Below, in pieces: positions 28,703 through 41,744 of a stretch of 64,000 nt of DNA (positions within the stretch are counted from its first letter, which is position 1; every line of letters starts with the position of its first letter). The DNA lies in the NCBI GenBank assembly GCA_951406725.2, contig OX597817.1, positions 113,212,001 through 113,276,000 of the forward strand, written 5' to 3'. Source of the stretch: Octopus vulgaris. Its lineage: Eukaryota. The notes beneath the pieces were generated by a model. It was not told the origin of the DNA. It did not search any database and saw only the letters and a list, made by a program, of their open reading frames with translations. A program made the translations under genes and the position numbers.

Positions 28703-31700
28703 ATATATATATATTAAGAAGGCAATGTACACAAAAAGAAAATATGAAAGGAACAAACACTTCAGGACATCAGTTAGAGAAGATATAATGAGAACTTTCA
28801 ATGAGAGCTTTTTCTGCAGTAATTAAAAAAATCTCAGAAAGAAGAAAACAGCCCAAATTTTACAATTAATTTCAAGATTCAAAGAACTTTACACAGAGAT
28901 AGTGCTACAAATCTACTTTAAGCAGCTATCTGATTGTAGTTGCTGCAAGGATACACCCAGACAGCATGATATAATATTGGAGACTCTAAAGATAAGATAA
29001 TAGTTTAAAAAAACAAATGTGTGAAGCTTGAAGCTTCAAATAATAGAGAGAGTAGGCAATCTTTTTCAGAAACTAGACTCAGTACTAACAGCTAAATTGA
29101 TTTAATAACGAAAAGATTTTCAATTGTTTGACAGTGAAGGAATGAGAGAGAAACAAGAAGTCTTCCCACCCTCTATTTAAATCATTGAGGGGTAAAGTAC
29201 TAGAACATTCAATAATAAGCTGCAAGGCAGTATGACATGAAAGCAAGTACTTAACAGAAAATGAAAGTTTGATAAAAAAAAAAAAAAAATTCTGACCAAG
29301 AAGTATAATCCATTATACTTGATGGAACATTATTGAACAAAGAAATTAAGAAAATGTAAACAGAGAAAACTGCAGGGCTCATAGCTAAAAGTTACAGGTA
29401 TGCTAAAAGCCTCAAGTCAACTTGAAATAATGTGCTAGCTTTGAAGAAGCTCAGTATCCACATCAATGGTTAAGACTAATATTTTCCAATTATACATACG
29501 TGACTACAGATGATTAACAGTAACAGACTAAGTGATGATTGAGGGAACCTACAATTAAAATGTAGAGTATAGAGTTTAGGTTTATGCCAGACAAAGAATG
29601 ACTGTGGGAATGCTTTTAGTGAGTAAGTTATTAAGGGAATCTAATCCTTTCAGAAACTATAGGGATCTATAAGATCAGTGTTTTATTTCTGAAGGAGAAT
29701 TAATTATAATGTTTTCATTAGATTAGTGTGAAAACATATGAATATATCAAATAGGCATAAGCAGTGTAAAGAAAAAATAAATGGGTGAACTTAAACATAT
29801 TGGAATACAATGAAAATCTTCTGCAAAACAGTGATAGAAAAGAAGTAAAAAGAACATCTCACAGATAGGGTATTTCCTCCTATGTGTATGAAATGAATAT
29901 TTATTTTTCACCACCAGGAATATGTGGCATTAATGTTAGGTTACTAAATAGCTGATAGAAGACTTATACTAAAAGTACAACTAAGGCTGGTTTTAACAAA
30001 AGAAAACAGAATGAAAACAGTAGATAAGAATCTGGTAGTAGTGTTAGTGATAGTAGTAGAGCTGAAACTCCAGCTAGAAAATTTTAATAAAAAGAGACAC
30101 TAGTGTAAATATAAAAATAAGAAATAAAAACAAAAAATACTTGACAAGTAATCTGATCTAAGGTTTATATTGAATGAGAAAAGTGGTGAAGAGATGAAGT
30201 AGGTTCTGATTCTAGATAAGAAAACCAAACAGCAGGAAGGAAATATTCAAGCCCAATGGAAGATCAACTGAAAATGTCATAATAAAAATTAGCTTCCTTC
30301 ATTTTTCACCACAAACACTTAGAACCATGAAATTATAAACAAGTGATTTACTTATCACCCATTATACGTGTGTGTGTTTGTGTGCTGTGTAGTGTTTTAT
30401 TAGTGAGGCAAGGAAGAGGGTAGTGCTCATGACCTTTGCAAGCCTTTCCACATTTAATATAGTTAAGCTCAGTTTGAAGAGCTGTTTGTTGATGTATGCA
30501 AGACTTATGGGCTGCTGCAGCTATAGGGAGCAATTAATGGGGAAAATTTTGTTTCAGTATGGAGGTAGATGAATTTCAGTAGAAGTGATAAAAGCAGGAG
30601 ATACAGTAGTTTTCTTTTAATAGAAGTGGATGAGGGGAGTATGCAGATAACTAGTCCAGGGGACTAAGGAATCAACCACCAGTGTAATTGTGGCAGAAGA
30701 GACAAAGAGGAGGAACTGCCTGTCTATGAGGCAGAAGCTGAAGTTTGTTGACCAGAGGTCTTTTATCAGTAATCCAAGTAACTTTTTAATACCATCTGAT
30801 ATTTATGTAACAAACACATGCATAGAAAGAGAGAGAGAAATATGCCAATACAGATCCTGTTTCAATTTTGTAAAAGGCTACCAAGTGCTGAGGGTTAAAT
30901 TATTTTCTAGCCCCCGTCTTTGGGAAGCACTTTGGTATTCAAAATCATTGTGAGTGCCACCTTAGAGATTTTTGAGGACTGGCATTTGTAATAACTTTTA
31001 TGCATTTAGTAGCATTGTTCATTGATTAGCAGAGTATAGTGTGAGACTGTTTCTCAGATGTGTGTTGTGATTGTGACTTTGCACTGTTAAAAGAGATTAG
31101 GTTTCCATGTCCCCATGTTCTTGGATGCAGTACAAAACTTCAGTTTTGCATACAGACTGTTAGAGGGGATTTCAGGCTGGCACTATCATGTGCTTATGAA
31201 TGTATGTTGTTAGAAAAAAACTACAAGAAATCTAATGCCCTAAAAAATAAGAGTTGGATTAGAAAGATTGCCTTCATTGAACATACATAAAAATTCTAGA
31301 TATGAGAACAGCTGTTGCTCATGAACATGAAACTTAGCTAACAAGTTCTCAAACCAGATTTCATCAATAATATTGTTGTCATTAAAGGCAAAAACATTAC
31401 TTCTTCCAAAGGACAAGCGACCACTGGTACATGATATAAGAGAGCAAGTCATTAATAGATTCAGCTCTGCAAAAACTATTTCATTGGTCTCTGGGGAGGG
31501 GAAACGATTCAGGGGGATGATGAAGATGCTTGCTTACTACCAACTCTATCACTTTTGAGATGTTAAAAAGAAAGAGCAATAAAGCCATAGCTGGTAGAGC
31601 CAAAAAGGTTGCTCTGCTTGAAAATAAAACAATCCGTAGCATGTTTCCATAGACTCTGAAGTGAGAGAATACTTCAGGTTTGGTAAGGATAAAATCTCAA

Positions 31701-32222
31701 GCTTACTCTGGGGGTGGGATAATGGAAGGCATATTGTCAGGTCCTCTTCTCTTTTAGAATTGGTGTAACTGAAGCAGTTTCCACACTTGATAGCTCTGCA
31801 TACATAGTGGAGAGACAAATGAAGTGAAGGAGTATTTGAGAAGAGTTAAACATGCCAAAGTAAGACAATGAAAGTGGTACACAGATTGAAATGTGAAGAG
31901 GTAAAGGAGAAGAAAAAATATTAAACCATAGCAAAAATTGTGACATCACTGTGTCTTTAATTATCTCAATCTCATATTTCCTCCCTCTCTCTCTTTCTCT
32001 TTTTTCTCTCTCACTCTCTTTCCCTATCTCTCTCCTCCATTTGAAGTGTTTTTGAATTGCATCTAACTATATAAAATAATGGCATCTTCAGTGAGAAAGT
32101 ATCATTTTCCTACAAGAACAGAAAGAAATGCTAAGATTTGTAAATAAGAATGCATATATTTACATATTTGTATGTGATCATGTATGTATAAATATGTATA
32201 TATATATGTGTATGTGATCATG

Positions 32223-32259
<37 letters not shown>

Positions 32260-32345
32260 CATTTGTAGAAAACATAAATCTAAAAGAAGCAGCACACTGT
32301 AAGATGTAGAGCAGTATATATTAAAAATGGGGAAGGCCGCTTAAT

Positions 32346-32406
32346 GGGCTTACCTTAGGTTTCCCGTCCATAAAGGGTTTAGCTTTATGGCATATCGTCA
32401 GATCCC
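32346..32406 (-). ncRNA. Type I hammerhead ribozyme (inverted partner)
   Basis: Reverse complement reads GGGAT CTGACGA tatg CCATAAAG ctaaacc CTTTATGG acgg GAAAC CTAAG GTA AGCCC. Confidence 0.72.
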
Positions 32407-32679
32407 AAAACCTGTTAGCCCATAACCTCTTCAAAATATGGAGCAGGGAAATGCCTCACTACTCGAAGGTAAATAATTGGGGATTATCTCCCTTTGCTAT
32501 TGGCTATTGACTTCAGGCTGTGTCACCATCTTGTGGGCTCCATATAGCTTTTTGGAGCCCACAAGATGGTTGCTCAGCCGGAAGTCAATAGCAAAGGGAT
32601 ATAATCCCCAATTGTTTACCTTTGAGTAGTGAGGCATTTTCCCTCTATATTTTGAAGAGGTCATGGGCCATCAGGTTTT

Positions 32680-32740
32680 GGGATCTGATGATACACCATA
32701 AAGCTGAACCCTTTATGGATGCGAAACCTAAGGTAATCCC
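32680..32740 (+). ncRNA. Type I hammerhead ribozyme (canonical core)
   Basis: GGGAT-CTGATGA-taca CCATAAAG ctgaacc CTTTATGG atgc-GAAA-CC TAA GG-TA-ATCCC. Stem I GGGAT/ATCCC, core CUGAUGA/GAAA, GUA cleavage triplet at 32733-32735. Confidence 0.8.
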
Positions 32741-35700
32741 ATAAACCACCCTTCCTATTTTTAATATATATATGTATGTATATTTATGTGTGTGTGTATG
32801 TATTTCATTGGTGATAATGGGCATGTACAAGCATGGGATGGTAAGCAAATAGCACTAAGAGAGACCAGACCCTAAAACTGCGACTCCTTCTTCAGGGTGA
32901 GGCAATCCAGAAGTAGAAAAGTCAGCTAAAACAGTTAAACTCAAGCATATATTGAAGAAGAATTACAGACAAACAGTAATAGGTGTAAGGGATATATTTT
33001 TATGAAAAGTTGCATATAGAATTTACATTATGTAAGCAAGTCTTAACTTTTCAGCTGTTTCAAATAATCTAGGAATGGTTTATATACAAGTGCAATACTG
33101 ATGCAGTATTACTCATAACAGTAAAGAGTGTATCAATGAGCATGAAATTTGGTGGCTGAGCATCTCTGTGTGACACACTCACAAGATTTTCTTTAGAAGA
33201 CAAAGAACGCATCTTCTGAAGGAAATGTGAATCTATTGCATTGAGATACTCAACCATTAAGACTGAAGTGACAGCATCAGAATATGCTTGGTTATATGAG
33301 AGTCATACATGGACTTTATAGAATGTCTACAATTCTAGCCCTAAAAGGTGAGGGTAAGGGGAAAATCTTTAGGATACAGTTTCCGCAGTGTTATACAGGT
33401 AGTGTGATTGGCCATATGTAATCATCACATGTGCACGTATACTCTGTATGCGTATGTGAGAGAGAGAGCATATGTGAATGGATCTCTGTCACTTTTGACA
33501 ATGTGTATTTCAGTTGATTGATCAATTCACCCACTTGTATCCATAGGGTGAGTGTTTCACAGAGACTTGTACCCTAAATGTAATCTTTAGACAGAAACAC
33601 CATGACCCAGTGTGTGTGTGGCAAAGTTGGCACCTTTGAATTACAGGTAGTAAGGGTTACAGATATGGTTGCTTGGTGAAAAAATTTACTTTGTAGTTAT
33701 GAGATACTGGGTTTGATCTTACTGCATAACATCTTAGACAAGTTTCTTTTACCTAAGCCTCAAGTCAGTCTATGTCTTGAAAGCAAAACAGAACTCTAAG
33801 GAAATCCATTGGATGGACTGTATTTGTATCTCAAAGAACAAGTCATGTGGCACAATATGTCATACTGAATTTACCTGAAAGTACATGTGGCTGTGAAATA
33901 CTCAGCCACTTAACAGTGTAATTCAATGACTTTGTAGTTGAGTTGATCAATCAAGTTATAGACTCACTGGGGTTGATTTGTTTGACTAAAACCTTCAAGT
34001 TGATGCCCCATGGCAGCATGGCCACAATCTAATGACTGAAGCAATTAAAAGAGTAAGAGATCCATGCATTTTATATTTGTGTGTCTGTGTTTGTATGTAG
34101 GCACTTGCTAATGGTCCTGCTGGCCATTTAATAATCTTTTCTACAAGAGACACAAAGGCCTGAAATTTTGGGGGAGGGGAATAGTTGCTTAATTTGCCTC
34201 CACCCCACTTGACTGGTACTTATTTCATAGACCCCAAAAGGATGAAACGCAAAGTCAAACTTGGTGGCATTTGAACTCAGAACGTAATACCAGAAGGGAT
34301 GCTGCTAAGCATTCTGTCCTGCACAGTAATAATCCTGCCAGTTTACCATTTACTAATACCTTCTTCATTCAACTGATAATTCAAGTATGCTCTTAGTAAT
34401 CCTAAGAGTTTGTAGTGTTGTAAATCTGAAACAATCCTTGTGATTCATTCATCATTAGATTTTTCATGGTAACACTGTCTTTTATTCTTCAGGAAACTGC
34501 TCCTTCATTCCACAACTTCCTTCCAGTCTCAATAAGCTCTTTACATTATTTTTACTTATTCAAACCTTAGAATCTGAATCTGATTTATTAACAAACCCAC
34601 TAAATTTACTATAACTAAATAAAGGAAAAGAATTATCTGCTGGACTTCTCTAGCATTATGAAATCAAGGATGGCAAAGGTGTTACAATCAAAATGAGTTA
34701 TGTGAAGTAAATGGAAAATATACAGAGGTTTATTGTTGATAGATTAGAGTGTTATATAAAAGGAATTTATTAATTCTAAGATCCATGAATCAGATTTTGG
34801 TGTAGATATTACAGATTAATATGGTGAAACAGATACAACTGTTTGAATAAAGAAATTAATCTTAGATAAACAGTTTAAGATGAAGTTACAAAAGTAAGAA
34901 ATTACTTTTTCTTTAACTTAACTTATGGTTTTATATAACTTATAGAATAGTTATATCTTTGTGTGTGTGTCAGTGTGATGGTAATGTACAATTTATTAAT
35001 CAAAGAAAATATAATAAACTAAAGCACTATATAGACTGGTTTATTTAAATCTGGATTTCTAGCATTTTAAAGATTCTCAAAGTTTTAAAGAAGGTTGTTT
35101 CACAGGAGACTCTTGTAAGCTGTTAAATGTGGAGAAAATGCTCAGAATCCTAATGAAGAAAACTGATGAGCAATGTTAAAAGAATAAAGAATTCTTTTAT
35201 TGAGATTAAGTGTCAGCTACATGGGTTTAGAACAGCCATTACTGTTGACCACAATTAATACTATTTACAAATAATACTATGTATCAGGGATCAGTAGTCA
35301 GATTTATAAAAGAATCCATAGCTTCAGTTCTGGGCATACTATGTTTCAACCTGGTTTTGGACAATCATTACAACCTATCATATAAATTTTGGTTGTGTCT
35401 GATCCCAAGTGTTAGTTTGATCCAGTATTCTACTTGTTATCAAGTCTTACTTTGCATACCCACAGATTTTTCAAGGATAAACTGCTGAAGGGTTAAGAAG
35501 GTTGACTTTATCAATGTTGGATAGCTGCAATATAAATTTATTTAAGCATGTCTGCTACATAGCATAGACCTTTGGTCAAGAGAATTTATGTTGACAATAA
35601 TTTTAATGACTGTGTTTATTTGGGTCAGATAAGAAAAAACTGTGTCCTTTCCAAATTTAACTCACTTCAAGAGCAACATGTATAAAAATGTCTATGTTAA

Positions 35701-35782
35701 AATGTTCATATTTAAACTAAAATTTCATTACAAACATGAATGATAATATGAAATTCTAACATATGATGTTACAAATAGAAAA

Positions 35783-36081
35783 AAAAGAAAATTAGACGTA
35801 TCTCCTTTGACCATTATGCCATAATTAACCTAGTTGTTGCAGGATAATTCAATGCAGAGGGATCCAAAGTCTGCGAGATAGCTGTCCAATTGGAGAGGGT
35901 GGTGTTCTCCAATTTGCCAGAAGAAAATGCTAACATATGAACAAATTTCTTTTAACGAACTGGAGGACACTATCCTCTTTGGATTAAGCAGCTGTCTTGG
36001 ACCCCTCCTCAGTGAATAATTCTACAATTAAGGTTAATTATGGCTTCATGGTCAAAGAGAACATAAATCTAATTTTCTTTT
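35783..36081. repeat. Old, diverged ~300-bp foldback/MITE
   Basis: aaaagaaaattaga..ctttgaccat.atgccataattaacct pairs with aggttaattatggc.tcatggtcaaag..tctaattttctttt. Inner arms gagggtggtgttctccaattt / aactggaggacactatcctc. Confidence 0.65.
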
Positions 36082-39000
36082 CTTTTCCTGTTTTTATTCA
36101 CCCTTCCATCTACATTTTTTCTCCTGATTTCTCTTGTACCAGCATCCTGATTTGAAAATTGAATAGACCATATGTTCAGAGCCCAAAGATTGCTTGGAGA
36201 CATAAGGCATGTTATAAAAATCTGTCTAGGCCTGATATATATATATCATAAATCTGCTTCATCAGAACTGATCTGAGACTAAGCAATAATAACCTATTAG
36301 AAATATAGTCATGAAAAGGTTAAATAGTTTCTGGTTTCTTAGTTGTTTTGCAGGGTTTATGTGTATATGGTGTGGCAAAATTGTTTTGAAGTAACATTTT
36401 TAACATTTTGTTAAATAATAAAATAATAATTATTATTTTTAAGTTACTCAACTTGGCAATCATTTGTGATTTGATGAATAATTAATCATCATGACATATA
36501 GCTAATTAGATTGATTTATAATTTCCTGATGAACTTTTGAGGCAGCAAGTAGATCACAAAGTGTAATTTTCAAGAGACATAGTGGAAAAGAGCTGAAAGT
36601 GATATTTAGCTGATATGAATAATAAACATAATGGCATGCAGAGCTTAATGATCCAGTGAATTGGAGTTGAGAACAAAATCAGTTTGTTGATACTCCCTGA
36701 GGCAGTGCTTCCTACAATGTCTGTCTCATGCTCTACTGCCTTCTACGACAGACTTTACTCTATATATTGACACTATTATAAAGACTCAGCCATTTTTATA
36801 GCAGTGTCAATAAGGTGGTGTTGAATTCTATTTGCCACACAGTGCAGCATCATATGTAATAAAAAGATGAGACTAGGTCAGCCAATTGTTCCAAAGAGGT
36901 CATTTTAATTGTGTTCACTGGAGAAATATTAAAATAAAAACCTATTCAACATAATATTATTCCCATCATAAAGAATTTACTTTAAATACATTGATCAATA
37001 TAATTGCTATTAACAAATACCAAAGATCTAACATATGTAAACTATTGATTTCTTCCAGTCTCATCATTATTCCAACTGAAATGTTTCTATGAAAACCTTC
37101 TCTCATTTAAAATGTGTCTGTAGAAACATCCAGATTGTGGTATATAGTTCTAATGAAAATTATGTACTCTTCATAATACATATAATAAGAAATTCTAAAA
37201 CTTCATCAAAGGAACATTATTTTTATCACTGATAATACACCTCAAAAATAAATACAAACCTTGACTTAATTCATTTTCAATTGCTGAAAAAACATATGAA
37301 ACTTTAACTAAATCTGTGTTCTAGAAATATAAAGAATAAATTGAACTTTATAAATGTATATTACCAGTTCATTCCACAATAAACATCTAAATAGAGATGT
37401 TTTATTATAGGCTTCCTATTGAGTTAGACTATAAAATAAAAGAGAAAAGATGTAAAAACATTCATTGCTTTCTCTCTTTTTTTCTTTTTAAGTACTTCAT
37501 GAATCTTTTCTGGTTTATGACAGAACATTTTGGTTTATAGAAATAATTATCTATGGTTTATATATCATCAGAGATATTTGATGATTGTAAATATTTGTTT
37601 CTTGGTTGTTCCCTTCTAGTAATTTTGTTTTGCATGTTAATATATTAGAAATAACATCAACCGTTTGTGAAACAGCTTGAAATATGGTTAAAGACTGATA
37701 CTGCATAAGGGTCACTGGGTTTAAATCAAATAGAGAGCTGAAAAGAAAATATGTTGAAAGAGTTGAAAGCTTGGAACATCTGGAGAAATAATACAGCTAT
37801 CTTACAGTGGTCCATTAGGAAAAAGTAAATAGTAGTCTTGACAAATCAATATTGTTGTCCCATTATTGTCAACATGCACAGAAATAACAGAAGACAGATG
37901 GCAATGAGTTGAATTATTTATTTTGAAGAAACATTCTAAAATAATTATTTATTATTACATTTACCAGTGAGAGAGCAAGGAAATCTTGCAAACAAAGCAC
38001 CATCATTGTTATTTCCCAGACAATAAGTAAGATTCACTATACACATCACGAAAGCTAAATACCATTTTTAGTGCCATTCACAAGAGAAAAGAAACCTGTT
38101 ACTACCTGTCAGGAAATGCCAACATAAAGTCTGATAGGCTGATTATGTAGGATGTTTTAACTAATACATACCCATAGACATACAGATACATATGTGGTAC
38201 ATTAACATACTCATCCATACATACATACTACATCATTTAGATAGATGGATACATAGATACACATACACACTTAATGCTATGCATCAACATATACCAACAC
38301 ATTGCATCTCTCCCTCTCTCTCTCTCTCTCTCCAAGTGCAAACTTAACAGATCATTGTCTTTTGCAAATTATTGCTGCTACTATAATATTTATTTACCAC
38401 TACTTACAAAGGGTAAATGACTATGGAATTTCTCAGTTCTCAAGCACATTTTGCAACATAACATTTCCAATATAAGTCAGATAATATTGCCTGATTGTTT
38501 CCTCTGCAGTCTCTTTTCCTGGATCTTGCAATCATCATCTCTTATGTTTGTCTCTCTTTGTTTATAGATCCCTGAACCATAAGACAGAAATAACTTCTAC
38601 CTTACACATTTACACATTCTACAGATAAACATGCACACGCACACACATTTAAACTTATGCAAATTCCTAAAGATATTGGGTTCATCAGGAATAAGTTTTT
38701 TTTTCTTCTGCACTACAAAGGTAGAATGCTCTTCAGTATTAACTACTTCTGAAGCAGCAAGCTGGCAGAATCGTTACCACAACAGAAAAAATGCTTAGCA
38801 GCATTTCTTCCGACTTTACATCCTGAGTTGAAACGCTGCCAAGATTGATAAAATATGTACCAGTTGAGCATTGAGATCAATGTTATCAACACACACATTG
38901 CCCCACAATACCTGCTTTGTGCCAAAATTTGAAAGCAATATTAACTCCTTCTTCTTCAGCAAGTAAGCCTGTAACTGTGGTCTGACTATTGAAACACACT

Positions 39001-39150
39001 CCTATATTGCACTGTCAAGAAGGAAGTGGACTTGAACTTTTGGTACTCATTTCTTAGAATAAATTTCACATATTTACAAGTATTTACACATACATGTTAT
39101 GTATGCTTGTATGTGTGTATGTGTGTGTGTGTTATTTTAATATATATATT

Positions 39151-39190
<40 letters not shown>

Positions 39191-39227
39191 CGTGTGTATA
39201 TATATTATATATATGTGTGTGTGTATG

Positions 39228-39258
<31 letters not shown>

Positions 39259-39295
39259 ATTTATGTATGTATATATATATGTATATATATTTATG

Positions 39296-39339
<44 letters not shown>

Positions 39340-39465
39340 CAGTTTACAAGGAAAAATCCAAAGGAACACTTACAAGATAGCTAAATATCACATAAGCACC
39401 TAAGGAATTAGTAATCATACTTGCATGGGAATTAATTACGGGGAGAAGGGAGATGAGTTTTGGAG

Positions 39466-39810
39466 ACATAAGAATTATGGAAAATGGAGAAAAACACTCA
39501 AGATGTTATTTAAATCATTTATATCCCCATATCACTGACATATGTTTCGATAGATGCATTAAAATAAATCAATCTCATCAGGGAGGATATAATCAACAGT
39601 GCTCATCAATAAGTCATTTTTACATCTGTAAAATGACTTATTGATGAATACTGTTGTTTATATCCTCTCTGATGAGATTGAAGCATTTTTCCACATTATT
39701 CTTCCTCTAGGATTTATTTTAATGCATCTATCAAAACATATGTCAGTGATATGGTGATATAAATGATTTAAATAACATCTTGAGCATGTCTCCATTTTCC
39801 ATTATTCTCA
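39466..39810. repeat. ~345-bp palindrome with inverted hammerhead motifs
   Basis: Centre ttttacatctgtaaaa at about 39624. Arms are reverse complements, with a ~30-bp insertion in the right arm. Followed by (TCTA)n and (TA)n. Confidence 0.8.
39533..39585 (-). ncRNA. Minimal type I hammerhead motif
   Basis: Reverse complement reads CTGATGA GATtGAT ttattttaatgc ATCtATC GAAAC ATAT GTC AGTG. Stem III is the palindrome ACATATGT and the triplet is GUC. Confidence 0.65.
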
Positions 39811-39855
39811 TCTATCTATCTATCTACCTATCTATCTATCTATCTATCTATCTAA

Positions 39856-39890
<35 letters not shown>

Positions 39891-40235
39891 CAGAAATGGC
39901 TTTCATGAAGGTAGCATTAATTTTCTTAAGTCATTCAATTTGCCTTAATTGATCAATGGACCAATTGAGTAAACCTATCAGTAATGTACCTATAATGACT
40001 ACTGGAAACAGCTGTAAGCCAAATTTGCTCCAATAAAGGAAAAATATGTAATGACCATTATTTTTAACTTGTGTGTGTGCGTGTGTGTGTGATGGACTCT
40101 CCCATCAAAGACAATGTATGAGTGCATGTGCAAAATAAAAAATATAAAATGGCAACAATTTACCCATTGCACCCTGTATATATACACATATATACATATA
40201 TATAATTATATGCACATACATACATACTCATATAT

Positions 40236-40282
<47 letters not shown>

Positions 40283-40362
40283 TTTAGATGTCTCCTACCT
40301 GTTTTCTATACTGTGTCAATTGACTGAATTATTTGTTGATGTTTTTGTTGTTACGGTTGCAG

Positions 40363-40613
40363 ATGACCACCATGATGCGTAACCAGTCACCGGCAATCAA
40401 TGAAAATGATGTCCGCATGAGGAGCAATCGGCCCAGCAAAGACAACAAAGAGAGCAAAGAGACAAAAGACCAACCAGTCCAGCAACAGACACCTCAGAAT
40501 GAATCGCCCGAAGAAGCTGTTAGTCCAACAAGTTCCCCAACCCATACACGAGAAAGACGATTTTCAACAACATGCTGCTTCTGCTGGTGCTGTACACCTC
40601 CATGTTTCTCCAA
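40363..40613 (+). CDS. Coding exon of an RZ-family regulator of G-protein signalling (RGS17/19/20-like), N-terminal region with cysteine string
   Basis: T-rich acceptor 'gtttttgttgttacggttgcag' ends at 40362 and is followed directly by ATG. The frame is open, GC-richer and CpG-retaining: MTTMMRNQSPAINENDVR...RERRFSTTCCFCWCCTPPCFS. Canonical donor AA|gtaagt at 40614 (phase 2). CCFCWCC matches the palmitoylated cysteine string of RZ RGS proteins. The RGS domain exons were not found in the window. Confidence 0.78.
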
Positions 40614-40653
40614 GTAAGTAGAATTCTTACATCTTCAGATTGGTTGGTGAGGT

Positions 40654-40695
<42 letters not shown>

Positions 40696-41032
40696 GAGAT
40701 GGTTCTTTCTTATCCCTACCGATGTTACTATTAACAGCACCCACACCATCACTAACAATACTCACAACCCAACCAATAATAATACAACTACCATCAGAGA
40801 GCCATTATATAAAGTATTGGACTCACTAGAAATAGCAGTGAAATCTCCCTCATACCACACTGTGCCCTCTTAAAGTCGAACATGTCACTTGATGAGGTTC
40901 TGGGTTCCTTGTACATAGAAAAAGACAAGATGGTCATGGCTGGAATACCTTTGGTCATAGATCTATTTATTTAATGAGAGCTGACTTGAGGCTCAAACAC
41001 GACAACAATAACACCAAATCTATCCTCTGTAG

Positions 41033-41316
41033 CAGTGGTTCCCCAAATGGGTGTTACTGCCCCTCTGGGGGCAGTGGAAAGATCAGGGGTGGGGGCGTTG
41101 ATGAAAAGTTTGGTGATAATGGGGTGACAAAAAGGAAGGTGATGGATATGAAAACAACAAGATAATAGGTCAATTTGGTTAAGTTTCAATTGTGAAATAC
41201 AGTTGTTTTGAATTTGCTGCAAAAAGCAGTTGGCGGTGGTGGTGAGGGGGAAAGGTGTTAGGAATGTGGTCTGGGTGCCAAAGGGAAGGCAGCCCAAAAA
41301 AGTTTGGGAATCACTG
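41033..41316. mobile_element. hAT (Charlie-like) MITE
   Basis: TIRs CAGTGGTTCCCCAAA / TTTGGGAATCACTG. Degenerate 8-bp flanks ctctgtag / ttctagag resemble the NTCTAGAN target. Confidence 0.7.
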
Positions 41317-41744
41317 TTCTAGAGCAACAACACCAACAGTGTAAAGCCATATCACTTTAAAAACAACAGTTCTTGCCCATTCATATCCATCATTGTCATC
41401 ATTTAGAATTTAAACCAGCCATATCCAGCCAAATATTCTGCCTGTTTTATGTTCGAACTGACCAGATCTGGCCTCTCACACATATCCTACAATATTATTC
41501 TAGAGATGAATAATCATGTCATCGAAATCTCAAAGTTATAAGGTAATGCATGACTAATCCAAATCGATGTGAATAAATAAGCATTACATTTGGCAGAGTA
41601 ATATGAAGGCTAAAGGATTACTGTTTGTTTTTCCATACTGGCATGGGTTGGATGGTTTGAGAGTAGCTCACAAGTCAGAAAGCCATACTAAACTCTACAG
41701 TTCTGCTCACCCAATGACCAAAGTTAATCAATGTCAAGCTTATT

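Larger units (their letters stand above)
32315..32770. repeat. ~450-bp palindrome of two inverted hammerhead-bearing units (Penelope-like pLTR/retrozyme type)
   Basis: Arms are reverse complements around about 32546, TA-rich at both ends, with a hammerhead motif in each arm. Confidence 0.85.

Noticed and set aside
28740-31300. Purine-rich stretches reminiscent of very old LINE RT fragments (also 34560-35520)
   Set aside because: Only faint motif remnants (e.g. FGFMP-like). These cannot be supported without a profile search.
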